Notes under the pieces: model-generated | The model's database searches: none | Told to the model about the DNA's origin: nothing | The model's input: only the letters and a program-made list of their open reading frames with translations | Assembly (NCBI GenBank): GCA_019057375.1 | Contig: DXJF01000082.1 | Coordinates: 1-12,139 of the forward strand | Source of the DNA: Candidatus Heimdallarchaeota archaeon | Lineage (GTDB): Archaea; Asgardarchaeota; Heimdallarchaeia; Heimdallarchaeales; Heimdallarchaeaceae | DNA: 12,139 bases | Direction of reading: 5' to 3' | Shown here: piece by piece, positions 6,999-12,139 of the stretch | How the letters are laid out: each line of letters opens with the position of its first letter | Position numbering within the stretch: position 1 is the stretch's first letter | Made by a program: the position numbers and the translations under genes

Positions 6999-9629
6999 AT
7001 GCTTAAATCGGTCTTTACGAAGAAAACAGTAGTAATTATTAGTGTAGTGCTATTGATTTTGAGTTCTACTGTTACCATTCTTATGTTTACAGTATTTACG
7101 GAATATGAAACCCACAATTGTATAGAGATTACTTCCAATGATGATGTTTCCAATTATAACTTTCTTGGAGATGGTTCTGATGAGAACCCCTTTCTTATAG
7201 AAGGATTGAAGTTTAAGTCAGATGAAAATTTCGATATTAAAATTTACAATACAACGTATAGTTATATTGTCCGTAACTGCTATTTTACTAATGAAGAATT
7301 TTGTTGTTTACGTTTATGGGAACAAAATTCTGGTTCAATAATAGTTGAAGATAATATTTTTAAAATTGATTCAGAGAAAAACAAACATTCATTTGGAATG
7401 ACTGCACAGGATTCCTGCAATATTACTATCAGAAAAAACAAATTTCTGGGTTATTCAACCTCTTCTCAAATAGGTTTATACTTATGGAATTGTTCAGACA
7501 CACTGATTCAAGAAAATTATTTCGAATCAACTGATGTAAGTTTGATTTATGCTCAAAATTTAATGTTTAATAACAATAAGTTTGATGGAGAAGAGGATGC
7601 GTATTCAAGTTTATTTTCACATGATGTAACAAATATCACAATTTCCCATACAATTTCTAATAAAGCTTATTTTTCTCTTTCTCTAGGGGGTTGTAGGAGT
7701 ATCAAAATTCTAAAAAACTCTTTGAATACTGGATCGATAGTGATAAGAAATGATGTAATTGAAGACTATTTTGAACATCAAGTTGAAAATAATTTTATTG
7801 CTGAAAGAGAATATGGTTTTTTTGTTAATTTGACTGATCAAATAATATTTGAAGAGTATTCGATGATTAATCTAATTCAGAGTGATAATGTAACTATAAG
7901 TAATCAGAATCAATTTGATATATCTACGGGTATTCAATTAGAATCCTGCTCAAACTGCACAATTATGAATAATAGTGTAGCTGATTCTAGATCTGATAGT
8001 ATTTCTGTTTATAATTCAAATTATACTAGTATAATAGACAATCAGATTCTTAGGAGTGGATCTGAATCAATCTTCATTTCTTCTTCTCCAAATACAACAA
8101 TTATGGATTGCAGTATATGGGATAATTATGCTAATGGTGGGTATGAAGGGTATGTGTTTACAAATACAAGAAGCTTGAAAATTGTGGATTCTCCAGATTC
8201 TACAATCGAAAACAATAATATTACTTCAGAAAGATGTAGCTTAGAAATAAGAGAATCTGCATATTCTAGTATACTATCAAACCGATTTACTTCAATAGAT
8301 ATCGGAAATTTGATGAAAGATAAAGACATTTTTTACACTCTTAATATTGAAAATAATACAGTAAATGAGAAAAAATTAGGTATTTTTGTAAATCAAGTTA
8401 ATTTTAGTATATCCCCAGAATATAATCAACTTATTGTCATCAATTGTTCTGATATCTCTCTTGAAAATAGATTCTTTGACTTATTCAATTCTAATGCCAT
8501 AATGTTTTACAATAGCTCTAACATAAGTATAAGTTTTAGTTCATTTAACTCTATAGAGAATTCGCGTCACAGCGCACTTTCCTTTAGAAATTGTAGCAAT
8601 GTGCAATTTCATTATGTGCTTATAGATAATTCCTATACTGGGTTGTATTGTTGGAACTGCAGTAATTTTACTTTTTCCTTTTTGACTGTAAGAAACTCAG
8701 ACTCAGAAGGTGTTGATTGCTACAATGGAGTAAATTTCCTGTTTGAGTATTGTGTTTTTAAATCCTGTCGAGATGCTATTTTTCTTGTAGCATCTCAAAA
8801 TATACATATTTCAAGTATTTTATGTGAATCATCAACCATAAATATCATGAATTGCGATAATATCACAATTCAGAATAGTGAATTCAAGGAATGTGAAGGC
8901 TGTATAGGATTAGATGATAGTTCCAGGATAGATATTTTGAATAATAGTTTCGAATATGAACTATACGCAATTTCCTTCCATAACTATTACACAGTTACTT
9001 TATACCTCAACATCATTAATAATACTCTAACTGGGGGAATAATAGGAATAATACTCAATTCTATCACCAGTCCCACTCTTATTGAAAGAAATGCAATTTT
9101 TGGGAACAGTGAAGAAGAAATATGGGAATTTCATGGTGGAATATATGCTCATCATTGTGAATTTCTGACGATAACAAATAATTATATTGGATACAATTCA
9201 AGAGGTGTTTTTCTAGAATCCTCTTCCTATAGCACGATAACTTTCAACATTTTTGAGAAGAATATTAACTATGCAATTCGTTTAAGCAAATTTTCTCATG
9301 ATAATTTTATCTACCAGAACAATTTCTTTGAAAATCATATCGATGGTGAGTTCCAAGCATACGATGATGGAGAAGATAACGACTGGAACAGTATTGGTCT
9401 CATAGGTAATTACTGGAGTAACTGTTTAGATCAAGATAATTGTAGAATTGAAGGTGAAGGGTGGAGTTTTGATTATCACCCATTAGTTGAACCTGTGGAA
9501 ATTCCATACAATTCATCTTATTTCAATATTACAATATCAGATAGCTCTTACATTCCAGCTATTATAATCTCGATTTGTTCAATTTTTGCAATTAGAGTTT
9601 TAAAAAGACGAAAAAGACCCAGAAGATAA
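6999..9629 (+). CDS. Membrane-anchored right-handed parallel beta-helix (NosD/CASH-like) surface protein, about 876 aa
   Basis: Track ORF is 6906-9629. The ATG at 6999 is preferred because it gives a basic-then-hydrophobic leader (MLKSVFTKKTVVIISVVLLILSSTVTILMF). N-terminal motif GDGSDENPFLIEGL, about 22-23 aa rungs with I..N.I/F and NCSN turns, two ENN...GFFVN...Q/M.I.I..SD/N modules, closing AYDDG...GNYWS...DYHPL, then a TM helix and KRRKRPRR. Confidence 0.9.
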   Translation: MLKSVFTKKTVVIISVVLLILSSTVTILMFTVFTEYETHNCIEITSNDDVSNYNFLGDGSDENPFLIEGLKFKSDENFDIKIYNTTYSYIVRNCYFTNEEFCCLRLWEQNSGSIIVEDNIFKIDSEKNKHSFGMTAQDSCNITIRKNKFLGYSTSSQIGLYLWNCSDTLIQENYFESTDVSLIYAQNLMFNNNKFDGEEDAYSSLFSHDVTNITISHTISNKAYFSLSLGGCRSIKILKNSLNTGSIVIRNDVIEDYFEHQVENNFIAEREYGFFVNLTDQIIFEEYSMINLIQSDNVTISNQNQFDISTGIQLESCSNCTIMNNSVADSRSDSISVYNSNYTSIIDNQILRSGSESIFISSSPNTTIMDCSIWDNYANGGYEGYVFTNTRSLKIVDSPDSTIENNNITSERCSLEIRESAYSSILSNRFTSIDIGNLMKDKDIFYTLNIENNTVNEKKLGIFVNQVNFSISPEYNQLIVINCSDISLENRFFDLFNSNAIMFYNSSNISISFSSFNSIENSRHSALSFRNCSNVQFHYVLIDNSYTGLYCWNCSNFTFSFLTVRNSDSEGVDCYNGVNFLFEYCVFKSCRDAIFLVASQNIHISSILCESSTINIMNCDNITIQNSEFKECEGCIGLDDSSRIDILNNSFEYELYAISFHNYYTVTLYLNIINNTLTGGIIGIILNSITSPTLIERNAIFGNSEEEIWEFHGGIYAHHCEFLTITNNYIGYNSRGVFLESSSYSTITFNIFEKNINYAIRLSKFSHDNFIYQNNFFENHIDGEFQAYDDGEDNDWNSIGLIGNYWSNCLDQDNCRIEGEGWSFDYHPLVEPVEIPYNSSYFNITISDSSYIPAIIISICSIFAIRVLKRRKRPRR

Positions 9630-9640
9630 ACTATTCAATC

Positions 9641-11833
9641 TCAAGTACTAACTTCATTTCTTGTTTTTATTGCACTTCTATATATCTCTAATTCAGCAAA
9701 ACCTTTACTATCCTTTAACCAGTTTTCTAGCTTTTCTGCTTCTGTTTTTTTACCAATAAATAGATTCAATACTTCAAACATCTTCATGAATCGAAAAATA
9801 GTTTCTCTCCACTCACTTACAAAACTGTCGCTAACGTTATATTTTTTACAAATTCTTCTTATCTCAATTCCATTTACGATATCATGAGCTAACCGGATTG
9901 CTAGAAGAGAAGATAGTTCATTAGCTTTTATCTCTTGTTTGATTCGTTTATCCTTCGTTATGAACTGTTTGAGGTATTGAGTTATATTTAATTCTTTATT
10001 TACACCACAAAATTCTAGATAATCAATAAAATCGTAAGGATGAATATAATGTCTTGCAGCTAGTTGACCCATATAGGTTAAATTGACTCTATTTTCAGCT
10101 GATTTTACAATAAATCCTTCTTTGTATAAAAAGTCTAAAATTCCATAATTATTCAGCCATCTTTCTTGCCCCTCAGGATATTTTTCTAGCAGATATCTTT
10201 GATGCTTACATATGTAATTGGAATGCTTACTTTGACACGTACAGCTCCTTCTAGACGCTGATAAATAGATCTGATATAACTTTGATTGTTCTTTGATATT
10301 CGCAATAATTGCTGCTGTGTTTACACCCTCTATTGAGATTATCTCCATCTTTCTTTCTACTACATTTCTAGTCCTATCAAATCTTCTATAGAAATCAATT
10401 ATTTCATGTGTTTCGAGAGTCGATTCTGAAGATGAAAATAGTGCTTGAAACAGCTCAAAATCAACTAGATTTCTCATTACTTTTGATCTATTTTGATAGA
10501 ACCACAATGAATCTTCAATATTTTCGTGCAAATTAGTCAATTCACTGGAAAAAGTCCTATCTGAATTATAGATCCTACTCAAGTAAAACTGAACCAGAAA
10601 ATCATAATCTCCAAAGAAACTCTTTATGGGTTGGAATAGTGGAACAGCTGTTTTCAGTTCTGTTGCATTACTGAAAAACTTCTGTTCAGTTTGCTTCCTA
10701 AGGCGCTCACTACTAACCAAGACAACTCCTTCTCCTGAATCTTTCATCCCTAGTCTTCCTGCTCTCCCTAGAGTCTGAAAGACCAAATTGTTCTCTGTCT
10801 TTATCCTGTTATGTTTTATAGTAAAAACAGAAACATCAGCTGGTAAATTTACTCCAGCTGCAAGAGTGGAAGTGGAAACCAAAGTGTTCAGTTCTCCATT
10901 GAGAAACATGTTCTCTACAATTAACCGGACTAGATCTGATAAACCTGCGTGGTGATAAGCAACCCCTTTCTTAACCATCTCTTTCAAACTAGGAGGAAAA
11001 TATGTTTCTTGTAATATCTTCTTAGTCTTTGAATCTGTAACACTCTCAAGATTTTCAGATATCATCTTTTCAATCTCAAAATCCTGAATTACTTCTTTTT
11101 TTGAGACTATTTTTGTTGCCAATGATTCACTTTCAGACCGTGAGTGAGTAAAAATTAAAATCTGCTTTCCAAAGCTATCTGTTTTATCTAGATATTTGAG
11201 AGGATCCGCAAAAACCTCAATAGAGTAATCAATTGGAACAGGTCTTTTAGTTTCTATTATAGGATAAACATTTAACCAATCTGAAATCTCTAGAGGATTA
11301 GCTATTGAAGAAGAGAGTAAAATTAACTGAGCTTGCCTTTCATTTCTCTGCCATTCAAGTAATATTTCTTCTATTACTTTCCCTCTATCTGTTCCTAGAA
11401 AATGGAATTCATCGATGATTAATATTTTGAGATACTTGTGCAGAACTTCATATCGTTTTAAAAGTACTAAAAATTTCTCATAAGTACCAATAATGATATT
11501 TGCATCTCCTATCTCTTCCTCTTCAATTTCCACCCCTCCAACTGCAAGAAGAGTCTTTATCCCTCTCTGATCAAACAAAGACAAAGAGTGATTGAATTCT
11601 TGGACTGCTAAAGATTTGTAAGGAAGTATGAATCCAATTTTGAATTTTCTAGGAGAATTCAAAAATTTACCAAAGATGGACTGAAAGTATTCTGAAATAT
11701 ATTGCTCTGTGATGAAGGTTTTTCCTGCTGAACTAGGAGCAATAGCAAAGACGTTAGATTTTGTTTTGAACGCTTCTAAGCATCTTTTCTGAAAATCTGT
11801 ATACTTAACTGATTTTCCGTCAGAACTAAGCAT
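9641..11833 (-). CDS. Ski2-like (Hel308/Hjm-related) SF2 DExH helicase with a SWIM zinc finger insertion
   Basis: Q motif TDFQ, I APSSAGKT, Ia LPYKSLA, Ib TYEK, II DEFH, III LSSS, IV IFTHSR, GVAYHHAGL, V TSTLAAGVNLPA, VI QTLGRAGRLG. Winged-helix end GFI...LTYMGQLAARHYIHP. CTC-x8-CKH at aa 531-544. Confidence 0.92.
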   Translation of the reverse strand: MLSSDGKSVKYTDFQKRCLEAFKTKSNVFAIAPSSAGKTFITEQYISEYFQSIFGKFLNSPRKFKIGFILPYKSLAVQEFNHSLSLFDQRGIKTLLAVGGVEIEEEEIGDANIIIGTYEKFLVLLKRYEVLHKYLKILIIDEFHFLGTDRGKVIEEILLEWQRNERQAQLILLSSSIANPLEISDWLNVYPIIETKRPVPIDYSIEVFADPLKYLDKTDSFGKQILIFTHSRSESESLATKIVSKKEVIQDFEIEKMISENLESVTDSKTKKILQETYFPPSLKEMVKKGVAYHHAGLSDLVRLIVENMFLNGELNTLVSTSTLAAGVNLPADVSVFTIKHNRIKTENNLVFQTLGRAGRLGMKDSGEGVVLVSSERLRKQTEQKFFSNATELKTAVPLFQPIKSFFGDYDFLVQFYLSRIYNSDRTFSSELTNLHENIEDSLWFYQNRSKVMRNLVDFELFQALFSSSESTLETHEIIDFYRRFDRTRNVVERKMEIISIEGVNTAAIIANIKEQSKLYQIYLSASRRSCTCQSKHSNYICKHQRYLLEKYPEGQERWLNNYGILDFLYKEGFIVKSAENRVNLTYMGQLAARHYIHPYDFIDYLEFCGVNKELNITQYLKQFITKDKRIKQEIKANELSSLLAIRLAHDIVNGIEIRRICKKYNVSDSFVSEWRETIFRFMKMFEVLNLFIGKKTEAEKLENWLKDSKGFAELEIYRSAIKTRNEVST

Positions 11834-12139
11834 TGTTTATCCTTTTCCTAATGTTTTCGACTAGTTGACTAACAAGATTATCCTTGTTCTTCACGTTTGT
11901 ATCGAAATCGAAGGCATCAGTCTCTTCTTGAATACTTTCGATTATCTCTCTTCTGCTTTTCTGAGTGTAGGCTGATTTTGGCGATTCTTTCTTATTAAGA
12001 GCAGAATATTCCCATAACAGTTGTTGTGATTTTTCAAATGGTTCAGGATACCCAGTTGATTTGAAGAAGGAATTTATCTCATCTAAATACTGTTTTGACT
12101 CCATGTTTGGAAAGAACAATGTTTTTATTTGTAGTAGAG
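11826..12139 (-). CDS. C-terminal part of an unknown protein (start outside window), overlapping the helicase start
   Basis: The frame stays open from the track's TTG at 12119 to the window edge (LLQIKTLFFPN...). Its TAG at 11826-11828 overlaps the helicase ATG at 11831-11833 (8-bp overlap). Charged, helical-looking sequence with no recognised motif. Confidence 0.7.
   Translation of the reverse strand, partial: LLQIKTLFFPNMESKQYLDEINSFFKSTGYPEPFEKSQQLLWEYSALNKKESPKSAYTQKSRREIIESIQEETDAFDFDTNVKNKDNLVSQLVENIRKRINNA

Noticed and set aside
6806-7153. 115-aa minus-strand ORF as an intact gene
   Set aside because: Most of it is antisense to the start and promoter of the beta-helix gene. Only 6806-6905 looks coding, and that is explained as part of the pseudogene relic.
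8126-8329. 67-aa minus-strand ORF
   Set aside because: Antisense shadow within the beta-helix gene.
1-9629. Diversity-generating retroelement or CRISPR-like repeat explanation for the repetitive surface genes
   Set aside because: No reverse transcriptase, no near-identical template/variable repeat pair and no regular repeat-spacer array were seen by eye. The repeats exist only at protein level. A template outside the window cannot be excluded.

Overview
AT-rich archaeal chromosomal window, probably Asgard/Heimdallarchaeia-like. That lineage call is inferred from the membrane-anchored NosD-type beta-helix protein, the giant Ig-repeat surface protein and the RadA-type recombinase, not from a search. 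Minus-strand gene order: a 5'-truncated unknown ORF (11826-12139) overlaps a Ski2/Hel308-like helicase that has a SWIM zinc finger inserted in its winged-helix domain (9641-11833). Next come a full-length but non-canonical RadA/Rad51-family paralog (5471-6670) and, 10 bp later, a >1820-codon secreted Ig-like repeat protein (1-5460) that the ORF track missed because it runs off the window edge. A plus-strand beta-helix surface protein gene (6999-9629) sits between helicase and radA. Beside it is a doubly frameshifted 3' relic of another anchored beta-helix gene (6756-6921) that still has its oligo-T terminator. The best candidate for a new system is the pairing of a SWIM-helicase with a RadA carrying RAD51-paralog-like motifs, reminiscent of eukaryotic Shu (SWS1-SWSAP1) and HELQ-BCDX2. 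No rRNA, tRNA, CRISPR array or transposase was seen.
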